The notes under the pieces are model-generated. The model did no database searches, was not told the DNA's origin, and saw only the letters and a list, made by a program, of their open reading frames with translations. From a virus (Duplodnaviria > Caudoviricetes), in IMG/VR virus record IMGVR_UViG_3300029705_000009: 64,000 nt of DNA; one strand, written 5' to 3'. Below, piece by piece: positions 34,366 through 44,273 of this stretch. The stretch's first letter is position 1; each line of letters starts with the position of its first letter. The position numbers were made by a program, and so were the translations under genes.

Positions 34366-35626
34366 ATGCTTCTACCTCCTGTATTATTTTTTCAATACCA
34401 TCCACAACAACCTTTTTAGGTGTTCTTGAACGGAATTTCTTGTTATCCAACTGTTCAACTTTCTCTATTACGGCATCAATAACTTGACACATGTGTCTTT
34501 TATCTTTATCTTTGTAATAATTAAATACACACATGATTGCAGTTAACTTCTTATATGAATATGACTGTGTAATATATTTTGTATCATATTCTGTCAGCAT
34601 ATTAAAATTATCAGTTAATTCTTTTATGGCAGATATTAATACAACCTTTTCTTTTTCTTTTGAGGTATATCCTTTAAAATAGAAATAATCAATCAATCCA
34701 GACAACTCTGCAAAATTAATTATTCCCTGGTTCATACTAATTAAACCTTGTAAATTAAACTGAGAACTTCCATTTAATCTCTTTACGACGGAATTTGATG
34801 CTTTATATGAATCCATCGCATCACTATCAGTCTTAGGCATTCTCGTCTTTTGAGCTTCCTGATAAACGAATTGTCTTGCCTTATCTTCCATGAAATTAAC
34901 AATTCTCAGTTCCATAGTGTAATTAAAATCCGGATTGTTGATATTTATCCTACATGCTGCTACGTATCTGTGATATCCATCTAAAATATCAAATCCTCCT
35001 AAGGATTTAATTACTAACTCTTTTGTTTCGTCATCATAATAAAAGTCTGAGTCTATTTCTTGTGGAATGTTTAATGTAAATGGAGTAGGAATATAAATTC
35101 CATCATTGTACATTTTTGTAATTGATTTGATCGCCGTTTCGTTTATGGTAATTTTATATATCTCTTTACCACCCCTTACAACTTTTTGCATAGTTCTCTG
35201 TGCATTTTCGTTGTAAGTTATTAACTGCGCATCTCTCAATTTCATTAACATTCTAAAATCTATCTTACCAGTCCATTGATCATCTGTTACTTGAATCATT
35301 TCGAATCTTAAAGGAAATTTTATTTTATCCACATTATACTTTGAATTTTTATATCCTCTAATTTCCTGATCAGTAAAATAATCCTCAAATCTTATCCTGG
35401 TATTTGGAATGTTATTTTTAATTGAATCTAATAAACAAAATAAAATAAATTCTGACGCTTCTTGGACGGGTTTTCTTAATGCTAGATAATCAGATGTAAT
35501 GCCTTTGGGGATCTCATATGTTTCTTTTGCATATATACAAATTTGCTTGCACAACTCTGTATTAGCAGTAATTTTAAGAATCTTTTCTTCTAGATATTTC
35601 TCCAAATTTTCATTTGCTGTTAACAT
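34358..35626 (-). CDS. SPbeta YopQ(SroE)-like DGQHR/DndB(ParB-like) protein
   Basis: YNENAQR, LDGYHR, A.QF..QE. Confidence 0.72.
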   Translation of the reverse strand: MLTANENLEKYLEEKILKITANTELCKQICIYAKETYEIPKGITSDYLALRKPVQEASEFILFCLLDSIKNNIPNTRIRFEDYFTDQEIRGYKNSKYNVDKIKFPLRFEMIQVTDDQWTGKIDFRMLMKLRDAQLITYNENAQRTMQKVVRGGKEIYKITINETAIKSITKMYNDGIYIPTPFTLNIPQEIDSDFYYDDETKELVIKSLGGFDILDGYHRYVAACRININNPDFNYTMELRIVNFMEDKARQFVYQEAQKTRMPKTDSDAMDSYKASNSVVKRLNGSSQFNLQGLISMNQGIINFAELSGLIDYFYFKGYTSKEKEKVVLISAIKELTDNFNMLTEYDTKYITQSYSYKKLTAIMCVFNYYKDKDKRHMCQVIDAVIEKVEQLDNKKFRSRTPKKVVVDGIEKIIQEVEAYV

Positions 35627-35722
35627 CTTATGTCCCTTCCTTTCTGAAATGATTATAGTCTTTTTTTATTATTTTGTCTAGTCTTTTTTGTCAAAATGGT
35701 GCTAAAATATTATTTCATTTAC

Positions 35723-36733
35723 TTAATCATATAATGAAGCAATTGTCGTAATAGCATCTCTTTTGTCCTGGTTAAAAATCTTCGTATACCTTTTAGTTGG
35801 TGCTGTCGTTTTATGTCCTAAAACATCTGCAACTAAATAAATATCTTTTTTTGCCTGGTACAAATTTGTGCCACATGTACTTCTTAATTTGTGTGGAGTG
35901 ATATGCTTATTTACAACAGGTTCTGTATGTTTTTTGATGATATACTCAATGGATCTAACAGTCATTCGTTTTTTCTGATTTGAAATAAATAAAGCCCTGC
36001 ATGATTCTCCGTTTAAGATTTTTTCTCTTTGCTCTAACCATAAACTAAGAAACATACAAGTCTTTTCATCAATAAAAACTTTTTTACTAATATTTCCTTT
36101 TTCAATTACTTTTATAGATTTTTCTTTTAAATTGATATCTTCTAAATTTATTTCACTTAACGCAGTAACTCTCAATCCATTAACAACAGGTATTCTAAAC
36201 AATAAATAATCTCTAAATTTCCAATTTTGTTGTTTTGCAACGGCCAAGCTATTTCCAGAACCTTTAATTATCTGATTTTCTACTAACTTTACCTCCTCCG
36301 GTGTTAGAAAGATAACATCTGTCTCTTGGATTTTAGGACGTTCTATCTTCTTATTAGAAAAAGGACTGGATTTTACATAGTCGTTTTTTACTAAAAATGA
36401 GAAAAAAGCACTTAATGAAGAATAAATACATGCTTTAGTTGCATTTGATAATTCTTTTACCTCATCTCCTTTGTTATATATATTTATTTTAGTCATATAA
36501 CGTTCAACATCAAAAGAATCAATTTTGTCAATATCAGAAATATCTAACGAATTTATATCGTTATTAGAGTAGTCCTCTAAAAATCTAATAACGTTAGTAA
36601 CATAACGAAATTTTGTCGTGTGGGATTTCTGACTTAATGAATAGTAAAATTTAATCATGTAATCCGGCATACTTGCTATTTTTTGCTGTATTTTCTTTTC
36701 CGTATCAATTTTATGCTCTAATCTTCCTTGCAT
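35723..36733 (-). CDS. Tyrosine recombinase (XerC-like; YopP/SroD position)
   Basis: GLR, KG, HKLR, LGH, Y catalytic residues intact. Confidence 0.92.
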   Translation of the reverse strand: MQGRLEHKIDTEKKIQQKIASMPDYMIKFYYSLSQKSHTTKFRYVTNVIRFLEDYSNNDINSLDISDIDKIDSFDVERYMTKINIYNKGDEVKELSNATKACIYSSLSAFFSFLVKNDYVKSSPFSNKKIERPKIQETDVIFLTPEEVKLVENQIIKGSGNSLAVAKQQNWKFRDYLLFRIPVVNGLRVTALSEINLEDINLKEKSIKVIEKGNISKKVFIDEKTCMFLSLWLEQREKILNGESCRALFISNQKKRMTVRSIEYIIKKHTEPVVNKHITPHKLRSTCGTNLYQAKKDIYLVADVLGHKTTAPTKRYTKIFNQDKRDAITTIASLYD

Positions 36734-36746
36734 ATCAATATCTCCT

Positions 36747-37145
36747 TTACCATTTTAATGTTAATTCTTCTCTACTAGGCACTGATTTTGCTTTTAATTT
36801 TATTGCAGTATCCCTCCATTTCCATATATATTCTTGGAATACATTTTTTCTTTTGTCTGATATTTCATATTTATATTTTTTCATTTCTGCTATTGCCCAT
36901 TGTGTTGCATAAAACTCTTCTTCACAACGCTTCATACCTGGTTTATTTGTCATAATATGACCAATTTCATGTAATAAATCAAATAAGGAAGTAGGCGTTG
37001 GATTTAAAAAATTATCACAAGATATACATATAATTCTTTCTGGCACATAACAATATGCTCCTTTTTCATTAGTAGGTCTAAAATTAATTGTGTTACAATA
37101 TTTAACTATAAGATCGTTTTGAATTTGTAATACCGATTTCTTCAT
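36747..37145 (-). CDS. HExxH metallopeptidase-like protein (ImmA/IrrE-like)
   Basis: LLHEIGH...EEEFYA. Confidence 0.55.
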   Translation of the reverse strand: MKKSVLQIQNDLIVKYCNTINFRPTNEKGAYCYVPERIICISCDNFLNPTPTSLFDLLHEIGHIMTNKPGMKRCEEEFYATQWAIAEMKKYKYEISDKRKNVFQEYIWKWRDTAIKLKAKSVPSREELTLKW

Positions 37146-37157
37146 TTTTATCCGTCC

Positions 37158-37604
37158 TTAATTATACTTTTTTATTTCGCTTGCTCTCCATAAAAGAAAG
37201 ACAATCGTTACAACTATCCATCCAAGTACTCTTTCATGAAAAATTGACAATACTAACATAACTAATATATATATATACCACCCATCTATTAATGTAGGGG
37301 CTGTTTTCTTAGAAACCATAGGTTTTTCTTTATATTCATGCATATCATTATGTGAATCTAAAACCTTTGATACAGTTATGTTATATTCTTTAAATAAATA
37401 ATATATAATATAAGTATTTCTAATTATTTCAGCTTTATCTTGACACCAACTCCCTTCTTCATTGTAGAAAAGATCTGCATATTTATCACAAATAGCTTTA
37501 GCCTCCTTTTCACTAATTGTTTTACCTTGTATACTTTTTAAATATGCAACGCATTGTTCTCCAGCTTTACTTTCATGAAATGATTTTTTTGCATAATAAA
37601 ACAT
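37158..37604 (-). CDS. Hypothetical membrane protein
   Basis: Two C-terminal TM segments. Confidence 0.65.
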   Translation of the reverse strand: MFYYAKKSFHESKAGEQCVAYLKSIQGKTISEKEAKAICDKYADLFYNEEGSWCQDKAEIIRNTYIIYYLFKEYNITVSKVLDSHNDMHEYKEKPMVSKKTAPTLIDGWYIYILVMLVLSIFHERVLGWIVVTIVFLLWRASEIKKYN

Positions 37605-37652
37605 ATTTTTTACACTCCTTTGTTTTTTAGCTACAAGCTGTCATTTATTACA

Positions 37653-38231
37653 TTATCCTACAAAACCAATCTTTTCTAAATCAATATTACCACCTAATCT
37701 TGGCAACGGTTCAAATCCATAGGAATTACAAACTTCTTTTACCTCCTCATCACTCATAATTCTATTAACTTTAATGGCTCCGGCAATAATCCATTCACCG
37801 AACATGTTTGGATTGGTCTTATATTTGTAAAATCCATTCTCCGGAACATAAGTAAGATATGCATTCTTAGGAATTACAATTCCTTTCTTATTAATACCAT
37901 TCATATTTGCTGCTTCCTGGTAATTTATTTCAGTTGAATATTCAACTTCACACCAAACATGATCAGGATTAAGAAATTCAATTTCTCCACTGTTTCCCTT
38001 AACACCGATATGAGTTACATACGGCATATCAGAACTTAAGTGCCACCCAGGCCGATAGCAGAGCGGACCTAATTTTGACTTTACTTTACCATTTTCTGTA
38101 CGTTCTCCACATTTAGCAGCAATCCATTCTCCCATTGGTGTTTCGTTATCTGCATCTACAAATAAAGGGAAGATTTTACCTGGTTCTGATTTTTTAACTC
38201 TAAATAATTTATAAGCTATATTTTTATCCAT
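37653..38231 (-). CDS. Hypothetical protein
   Basis: AYKLFR...PLFV...YRPGWH. Confidence 0.7.
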   Translation of the reverse strand: MDKNIAYKLFRVKKSEPGKIFPLFVDADNETPMGEWIAAKCGERTENGKVKSKLGPLCYRPGWHLSSDMPYVTHIGVKGNSGEIEFLNPDHVWCEVEYSTEINYQEAANMNGINKKGIVIPKNAYLTYVPENGFYKYKTNPNMFGEWIIAGAIKVNRIMSDEEVKEVCNSYGFEPLPRLGGNIDLEKIGFVG

Positions 38232-38290
38232 ATTATACCATATCTCCTTTTTTAAGTCAAATTTGATTGTTGTTGTATTATTTTATTTAC

Positions 38291-39010
38291 TTAATGCGCT
38301 GGAAAAATAACAGATTCTCCTTTGTTTAACTTGAAACATCCTTCTTCGTTATAATGGCAGTGTGCACAATTCCCCTGACAAAAGTAACTTCCGTATTCTG
38401 GAGCCGTTGTGCTACCGTCAATATACAAAACATGACTAACCGGAAGATTATGTCTGTTATCCATTTCGGTATCTTTCCAAGCACTAAAGATGCAATGAAC
38501 ATTTCGTTCAAACTCATTGTTGTCCAGAAACTCATTTACTTCTTCATAACTTTTGGTAAAAAATAAGATGTCACATTTCGGATTTTCCTTTGCCACTTTA
38601 TTAATCAAAGGAAGATCCTCTTTGCAAACATCCCCACCGACGTTCAACCTCAAAGCTTGAACGCAATTGTATTTAATTCCATAACTTACTTCTTCCCAGA
38701 ACCGGTTAATATCTAACCTATGAACTGCAGAGTTTCTTGCTCTATCAACCTGAACTTTAGGCTGAAAACAAACATTAATTACATCATAACATTCTTTTTT
38801 GCATTCCTTACAGTTGTGACCACAATCAGCAATTGGAATTAAACTAACTGTATATACATTCTTTCCAGTCTTAGAATTACCTTGCTGCAATCGTACATGA
38901 ACATTATCAATATCCTTTTCAAATTCATTTCTTAACTCAACCATTCTCTGTACTCTTCCCATAATTACCTCTGTTTTAACATTTTTAATTTTCTTAGGCT
39001 GTGCTCCCAT
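38291..39010 (-). CDS. Phage gp88-like protein
   Basis: GNSKTG, Cys cluster, RLNVGGD, FTK, C.G.C..C. Confidence 0.7.
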   Translation of the reverse strand: MGAQPKKIKNVKTEVIMGRVQRMVELRNEFEKDIDNVHVRLQQGNSKTGKNVYTVSLIPIADCGHNCKECKKECYDVINVCFQPKVQVDRARNSAVHRLDINRFWEEVSYGIKYNCVQALRLNVGGDVCKEDLPLINKVAKENPKCDILFFTKSYEEVNEFLDNNEFERNVHCIFSAWKDTEMDNRHNLPVSHVLYIDGSTTAPEYGSYFCQGNCAHCHYNEEGCFKLNKGESVIFPAH

Positions 39011-39041
39011 TTTTAATTTCTCTCCTTTTCTTTGTAACAAA

Positions 39042-39070
39042 AAAGACACCAGAAAAATTCTGATGTCTTT
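39042..39070 (-). terminator. Intrinsic terminator
   Basis: AAAGACATCAGAA/TTCTGGTGTCTTT hairpin + T-tract. Confidence 0.65.
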
Positions 39071-39120
39071 AATGTTTAAATTATTTGGTTTCGTTTTAAA
39101 TATGTATAATGTAGTTAATT

Positions 39121-39363
39121 CTATTCAACTACTTCTACTTCATTTGTTTCATTTTCCTCTAAAGGATAAATTCCATATGCACATTCATATGCTCTGCCAA
39201 TTTCAATCCATTTAGGATTGGTTGCATCTGTTCCAAGATTGTCCTGATCAGTAAGATATACCTTTTTAATACTACCGTCTTCGTACTTTATCTTACATCC
39301 ATTTGTAATTTCTTTTCCGTTTTTATCAAAGTATCTGGGTTTTCCATTTTCGTATTTAATCAT
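39121..39363 (-). CDS. Hypothetical protein
   Basis: ORF with RBS. Confidence 0.6.
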   Translation of the reverse strand: MIKYENGKPRYFDKNGKEITNGCKIKYEDGSIKKVYLTDQDNLGTDATNPKWIEIGRAYECAYGIYPLEENETNEVEVVE

Positions 39364-39378
39364 AGTTTTATTCCTTTC

Positions 39379-39612
39379 TTATTTATTATTTGCTAACTGA
39401 TATATCGTAATTACTTCATTTACAATGTCAAGCATATCTTGTCTAGACATATAAATCAATTCTCCGTTTACCAAAGTTATCAAATATCTATTTTTAGATT
39501 TTGAGTTTGTTCCAACTTTCGTAACACTTTTTACTTTTTCTTGTCCGAACTTATAACAAGCAAGAGCATGCAAATCTTTTTTAGTTAAATAACGACTAAC
39601 TATTTTTGTCAA
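39379..39612 (-). CDS. Hypothetical protein
   Basis: TTG start after AGGAG. Confidence 0.55.
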   Translation of the reverse strand: MTKIVSRYLTKKDLHALACYKFGQEKVKSVTKVGTNSKSKNRYLITLVNGELIYMSRQDMLDIVNEVITIYQLANNK

Positions 39613-39653
39613 GTTATCATCTCCTTGTTGGTTTTATTTATCAATATACAACA

Positions 39654-39676
39654 AAAGCAACCTCACAGGTTGCTTT
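39654..39676 (-). terminator. Intrinsic terminator
   Basis: AAAGCAACCT-GTG-AGGTTGCTTT + T-rich tail. Confidence 0.65.
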
Positions 39677-39679
39677 ATG

Positions 39680-39862
39680 TTATTTTTTCAGTTCTTGTAA
39701 TGCTTTTAAAATTTCATTTGCTTCGCTTTCCGACATTACACCAGCATTAACTGCATCTTCCAGTGCTTCTTTGTGACCACACAAAGGACAGATAGGACTC
39801 TGATCTCTTCGAGATGTTGCTGGTTTTTCAGAAAACTCTTTTCCACATTTAGGACAAATCAT
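39680..39862 (-). CDS. Small Zn-finger protein
   Basis: CPKCG...SR.D...ICP.CG..EAL. Confidence 0.65.
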   Translation of the reverse strand: MICPKCGKEFSEKPATSRRDQSPICPLCGHKEALEDAVNAGVMSESEANEILKALQELKK

Positions 39863-39864
39863 AA

Positions 39865-40071
39865 TTATTCACCCTCCTTAACAATTTTTTCTCCACAATT
39901 AGGGCAATAATTTATTGGAATATCATATCCAGAATCATGTCCTCCATTTTCCCAATATAATTCTGATATATTTACTCCAGACGTTCCTTTAATTTCCATA
40001 GCTTCTAAATATCTTTTTGTATTATACTTTTCTAAAGTTTTCCGAATATCATCACAATAATTACATCCCAT
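39865..40071 (-). CDS. Small Zn-ribbon protein
   Basis: C.YC...INYCPNCG. Confidence 0.65.
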   Translation of the reverse strand: MGCNYCDDIRKTLEKYNTKRYLEAMEIKGTSGVNISELYWENGGHDSGYDIPINYCPNCGEKIVKEGE

Positions 40072-40076
40072 ATTTA

Positions 40077-40259
40077 TTACCTCTTCTTTCTCTTATAATA
40101 CTCTTCATACCAACGTTCTTTCCGGACATAAGCATTTGGCTTATTAACCTCTTTCTGCTCCTGGAAAGAACACTTTTCATTTTTCTTACATTCTTCCGTT
40201 TCCAAAACAAAAAACGGACAGTTGTTAATATCGTGTGGTAATGTACATTTCTTACTCAT
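40077..40259 (-). CDS. Hypothetical protein
   Basis: ORF track. Confidence 0.55.
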   Translation of the reverse strand: MSKKCTLPHDINNCPFFVLETEECKKNEKCSFQEQKEVNKPNAYVRKERWYEEYYKRKKR

Positions 40260-40461
40260 CTACAAGATTAGCCTTTCCAAGCAAGATATATAATCTATTG
40301 ATTGTTACATCTATAGCTTTCATTTCAGCCATTAACGATACTTTTTTATCAAATTCTTTTTCATTATCATAGCCACGAATTTTATCTAATTTCTTTTTTA
40401 ATTTTTCTTTATCGCTTACTAAGATATTTATTTCTTCGTTTACTAAATCAGTCCACTTCAT
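40252..40461 (-). CDS. Hypothetical protein
   Basis: AAGGAG RBS. Confidence 0.6.
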   Translation of the reverse strand: MKWTDLVNEEINILVSDKEKLKKKLDKIRGYDNEKEFDKKVSLMAEMKAIDVTINRLYILLGKANLVDE

Positions 40462-40475
40462 AAATACTTACTCCT

Positions 40476-40667
40476 TTATATCAAACGCAGACAGTCTAAG
40501 AAACTATACGTAATTCCACAAACTTCAATTTTGTTTCCCTCTATATAGTAATCAGACAACCATTCTCTAAAGGAATCATGGCTACCCATATCTGATTTAC
40601 GATCCTCAAGCCATTCAATCAACCGTGATTCATTTGCAAATGTTCTGACTACTCCTAAACTGTTCAT
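40476..40667 (-). CDS. Hypothetical protein
   Basis: GAGGTG RBS. Confidence 0.6.
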   Translation of the reverse strand: MNSLGVVRTFANESRLIEWLEDRKSDMGSHDSFREWLSDYYIEGNKIEVCGITYSFLDCLRLI

Positions 40668-40738
40668 GTTAAGCCACCTCTTTTCTGTTATATTTTATCC
40701 TGAAACTATGATATTTTCAACAATTATGCATAAAATAT

Positions 40739-41092
40739 TTACAATCCAATCAAGTCTTCAGCTACACTCACATCAAAGGTTTCTTCAAACCAATGCCAGA
40801 TTTCTTCTCTATGAGTTCCTGCAGAAAAATCGTTCCAATCTTCTTCGATACATTCAGTTTCCGGATCCATCGGAACATCACCAAATTCAAGCCAAAGATC
40901 TTTCACATGAAGTTCTTTGCAGTTAAGAAAACTATCATCTAATCCTCTAGAAATGATTGTTTTCATATCTTCATCACTTATGTTAAAATTCCTTTCTCTG
41001 CAATATTCCATTGCAGCATCATATTCGTTCTCCATAAACTGCTGATCATCTTTAATTTTATCAATTTCTTTTAAACGTTCTTTAAGTGACAT
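40739..41092 (-). CDS. Hypothetical acidic protein
   Basis: LW..FGDVP...F.AGT.REEIWHWFE.F. Confidence 0.7.
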   Translation of the reverse strand: MSLKERLKEIDKIKDDQQFMENEYDAAMEYCRERNFNISDEDMKTIISRGLDDSFLNCKELHVKDLWLEFGDVPMDPETECIEEDWNDFSAGTHREEIWHWFEETFDVSVAEDLIGL

Positions 41093-41110
41093 ATTATTTT
41101 ATCTCCTTAA

Positions 41111-41305
41111 TCAAAATTTTAAATTATATGTTTTTAACATTCTACGAACCATCATTTTGTTAGGTCTTTTAGTAGCAACTACAATATCATTTCCTCTTTT
41201 ATAAATGAAATGGTCTCCATTTTGTCTTACGAATTCAAATCCATTATTAACTAATAGTCTACGGAACTCCTTTTCGTTGTAATTTTTAGTCTTGCCAATT
41301 GCCAT
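41111..41305 (-). CDS. HicA-like toxin (dsRBD-fold RNase)
   Basis: L..NGF..VRQNGDHFIY. Confidence 0.7.
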   Translation of the reverse strand: MAIGKTKNYNEKEFRRLLVNNGFEFVRQNGDHFIYKRGNDIVVATKRPNKMMVRRMLKTYNLKF

Positions 41306-42357
41306 TAATTCTCCTCCACTTTCTTTCTCATATAATCAATCTGATCCTGTAAATCTTTATTATGTACCTCACTCAAAACTTCCTTGTTTGTCATCTGATA
41401 AGCAAGCAGCGTTTCCAGGATCTGTTCATCAATAGTTTTCACACGAGGAACAATTTCCTCTAAACCACAATCTTCTGTCATTTCAATTCTGTAATACTTA
41501 ACAGTTTTGTAATTCATAAAACAATCTTCTAACTGTTCACCATATTTAACATCGGCATCTTTTAACATATCAACTTCACTGCTATCATACAGTGCAAAGA
41601 AGATTTCCTTTGAACAGTCTTCAGTTTCATTTAATTCTTGAAAATCCATAGCAACTTTATGTAACCAAGCTAAGAAATCCATTGCATTCCAACCATCAAT
41701 ATTGTTATCTACTAACAACTGAAATAAACTCTGAAACACTTCCGGATAACAACTATTAACAATCACATTCTTTACAATATAATTTTGTTTAGTTAAATTC
41801 ATGTTTTCAACCTCTTTCTTTTCTGTTTTAACTTCAACAGTATTTTCACGACAGTCAAGAATAAAATCATTTAACCTTATATAGTTATCATCTGTATAAG
41901 GAATTTTTACATTATGATTACCTACTTGAATATTAATATCAAGATTATCCTGATTAATCCAACCTCCGTTTTGAGTTTTAGAGAACTCTGCTAGTCCGTC
42001 ATCTACAATATTTCCATAGAAAAAATCTAAATCTTTAAAGGTAAAATCATAATCAACTTGGCTTTCATACTCATCAACAAACTCCTTGATAGTCTTAACA
42101 TATTCATCTCTATAATTATCATCTTCTAAGAAAGTCGCACCATAAAACCAGCCAACTATTTTTTCTTTGATTTCTAGATTTTTATCTCCCTTTTGCCAAC
42201 TCTCATATTCCTCTTCTGTTAAACCGGTTGAAAGAATAAAACATCTGTCACTTGTTTTAGCCGGACATAAACCAATCGTGCCGCCCATATCTAAACTATA
42301 CATTTTTCCAGTATTTTCACTTACAAAATAGTAACCATCGTTATTTTTCTTCAACAT
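41305..42357 (-). CDS. Hypothetical protein
   Basis: Long ORF; start moved to MLKK after GGAGG. Confidence 0.7.
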   Translation of the reverse strand: MLKKNNDGYYFVSENTGKMYSLDMGGTIGLCPAKTSDRCFILSTGLTEEEYESWQKGDKNLEIKEKIVGWFYGATFLEDDNYRDEYVKTIKEFVDEYESQVDYDFTFKDLDFFYGNIVDDGLAEFSKTQNGGWINQDNLDINIQVGNHNVKIPYTDDNYIRLNDFILDCRENTVEVKTEKKEVENMNLTKQNYIVKNVIVNSCYPEVFQSLFQLLVDNNIDGWNAMDFLAWLHKVAMDFQELNETEDCSKEIFFALYDSSEVDMLKDADVKYGEQLEDCFMNYKTVKYYRIEMTEDCGLEEIVPRVKTIDEQILETLLAYQMTNKEVLSEVHNKDLQDQIDYMRKKVEEN

Positions 42358-42358
42358 A

Positions 42359-42562
42359 TTATTCAACATCCTCCACTTCATTAAAATCTTCATCCCAAAT
42401 TTGTCTGTACTTGTCAGAAGAATCAAATCCTAACGTTGCATAATCTATTTCAAAATCATCATGATTAAGTTCTTTTGCTTTTCTTATTGCCTCTTTGTCG
42501 TTTGCTGCTTCAATTTCTGCAATTGCAAATCCTAAAACTGCTACTCCAACGGTATATTTCAT
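42359..42562 (-). CDS. Small acidic protein (DpnD/PcfM-like)
   Basis: KYTV.V...EIEA...EA...A. Confidence 0.55.
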   Translation of the reverse strand: MKYTVGVAVLGFAIAEIEAANDKEAIRKAKELNHDDFEIDYATLGFDSSDKYRQIWDEDFNEVEDVE

Positions 42563-42563
42563 A

Positions 42564-42965
42564 TTATTCAACCTCCCCACTATTAACTAATATATTCAAT
42601 GCATCGATTATTCTATTATACGATTCCGCACCCCATGAAATCCTTGTAGTTAATCCACACATTGTTATGTCGATTGTGGTTTCATACAATTCGTCCATGT
42701 CTTCACCTGACAACTTAGAAATATATCTTTCACATTCCTGTATAAAGAGTTTCGCCGGCATATTATCTGATTTCCATTCGAGATATTTAACATAATGCAT
42801 ATTATAATTATCTGCATCCTCTTGAATTTCTCTTATTCGTACTCCTTCATTTGTATCTTCTACAATATAAATAGCTTTTGTGTTTTTATCATAAAACTCC
42901 TGGCGATCATAATACTCATGAAACATTTCCATATTCGGTTGACAAAACCAATTCTGCATCAACAT
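42564..42965 (-). CDS. Hypothetical protein
   Basis: GAGGAGG RBS. Confidence 0.65.
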   Translation of the reverse strand: MLMQNWFCQPNMEMFHEYYDRQEFYDKNTKAIYIVEDTNEGVRIREIQEDADNYNMHYVKYLEWKSDNMPAKLFIQECERYISKLSGEDMDELYETTIDITMCGLTTRISWGAESYNRIIDALNILVNSGEVE

Positions 42966-42967
42966 AA

Positions 42968-43324
42968 TTAATCCTCCTCACACAATTCTTTTGCTAATTT
43001 CAACATCAGTTCCTCGGCATTTTCAAAAGTAATAACTTGTCCATTTCCAATGCCGGTATAAATTTCATTAGAAGCATCATAATCTTCCAAATCTTTTACC
43101 TCATAAGCATCTAACCAAGGTAAATGCTTTTCTCCATCTTCAAACATTTCAGATGTTGGTACTTGTAACTCAACCATTACAACATACCCTTTTTCATCAT
43201 CGTAAAACAACCGTGCAGCTTGTTCATAATTAGTTCCCATAAAATCGTTTTTCATATCATCAATAAATCTTTTAAAACATTTCTCAGTTTTAATTCCATA
43301 ATTCCATTCAAATCTATACATCAC
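42968..43324 (-). CDS. Hypothetical acidic protein
   Basis: AGGAGG RBS. Confidence 0.65.
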   Translation of the reverse strand: MMYRFEWNYGIKTEKCFKRFIDDMKNDFMGTNYEQAARLFYDDEKGYVVMVELQVPTSEMFEDGEKHLPWLDAYEVKDLEDYDASNEIYTGIGNGQVITFENAEELMLKLAKELCEED

Positions 43325-43677
43325 TAATCCTCCTTATCGCTAAACCACTTAGCATTGATATACTTTCTGTTCTGCCAAATGTAATCAACAACGGTTTTCT
43401 CATAACAATTATTATTTGTTCTAGCTACTTCCAATAAAGGATTAAATATGTCTCTCAAATCTCCATTTCTATTGAGCACGGAAACATTCCCTTCTTTATC
43501 TTTTCGGAAGACAAACTGAAAACCATCGTCAGTTACTATGTAGTACTCATTATCTTTCAACATGCACTGGTTAATAAATACATCTACATCAGATTTCTTT
43601 TTGATTTTAAATTCATTCGGAATTACCATTACTATCACTGTTCTCATAATATTTTTCCTTTCTTTATAGGCTGCCAT
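43324..43677 (-). CDS. Hypothetical protein
   Basis: ORF track. Confidence 0.6.
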   Translation of the reverse strand: MAAYKERKNIMRTVIVMVIPNEFKIKKKSDVDVFINQCMLKDNEYYIVTDDGFQFVFRKDKEGNVSVLNRNGDLRDIFNPLLEVARTNNNCYEKTVVDYIWQNRKYINAKWFSDKED

Positions 43678-43696
43678 ATTTCAGACAGCCTATTTT

Positions 43697-43933
43697 TTAC
43701 TCTTCTACTTTCTTACAACTGTCTTCCCCGTATGCAACACCAAGCTGATGGCCGGTATCCCAATGGACATGAATTGTACCAATGTCATCTACCGCAACTA
43801 CAGTTCCTTTGGTACCAACAGGAATATGTGTGTAAGGATCTTCCATGTTAACTAATTCAACTCTAGTTCCTTTTGGATATGTTTCTTTTAATAACTTAAC
43901 AATGTGTTCTGGTGCTCCAATGTTCATTTTCAT
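43697..43933 (-). CDS. DUF4314-like protein
   Basis: YP.GTRVEL..M.DPY...GT.GTV..VDDIG.IHV.WD.G..L. Confidence 0.8.
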   Translation of the reverse strand: MKMNIGAPEHIVKLLKETYPKGTRVELVNMEDPYTHIPVGTKGTVVAVDDIGTIHVHWDTGHQLGVAYGEDSCKKVEE

Positions 43934-43955
43934 TCCTCCATATTATTTTATTTAG

Positions 43956-44273
43956 TTAAATCATTTTGTTAACAGCCTTCATAATATCATTAATAATTGA
44001 AATTCCACTGTCTCCTTCTACACTCTGATATCTGGCAAACAAATCACTTTGATTTCCCCAACTAATTCTAACTTCTTCAGTAGGATCATCAATTTTGTTA
44101 AGTTCTATATCAGATTCGTGGAACTTAATATCAATCAAATATCTCTTTCCATCTTCATCTGGTTCAGAATACTTTCTTTCTACATAACCATATTTAATTT
44201 GAATTCCCTCAGCTGCTCTTGTAGTGTTAAGTAATGTTTCTAAATCCTTAATAACCTGTAATCTGTTTTCCAT
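43956..44273 (-). CDS. Hypothetical protein
   Basis: RBS, coupled ORF. Confidence 0.65.
   Translation of the reverse strand: MENRLQVIKDLETLLNTTRAAEGIQIKYGYVERKYSEPDEDGKRYLIDIKFHESDIELNKIDDPTEEVRISWGNQSDLFARYQSVEGDSGISIINDIMKAVNKMI

Noticed and set aside
35723-36733. Tyrosine recombinase as the prophage integrase marking an att site
   Set aside because: Phage-like genes continue on both sides with no host boundary, and the context matches the internal SPbeta-like regulatory module.
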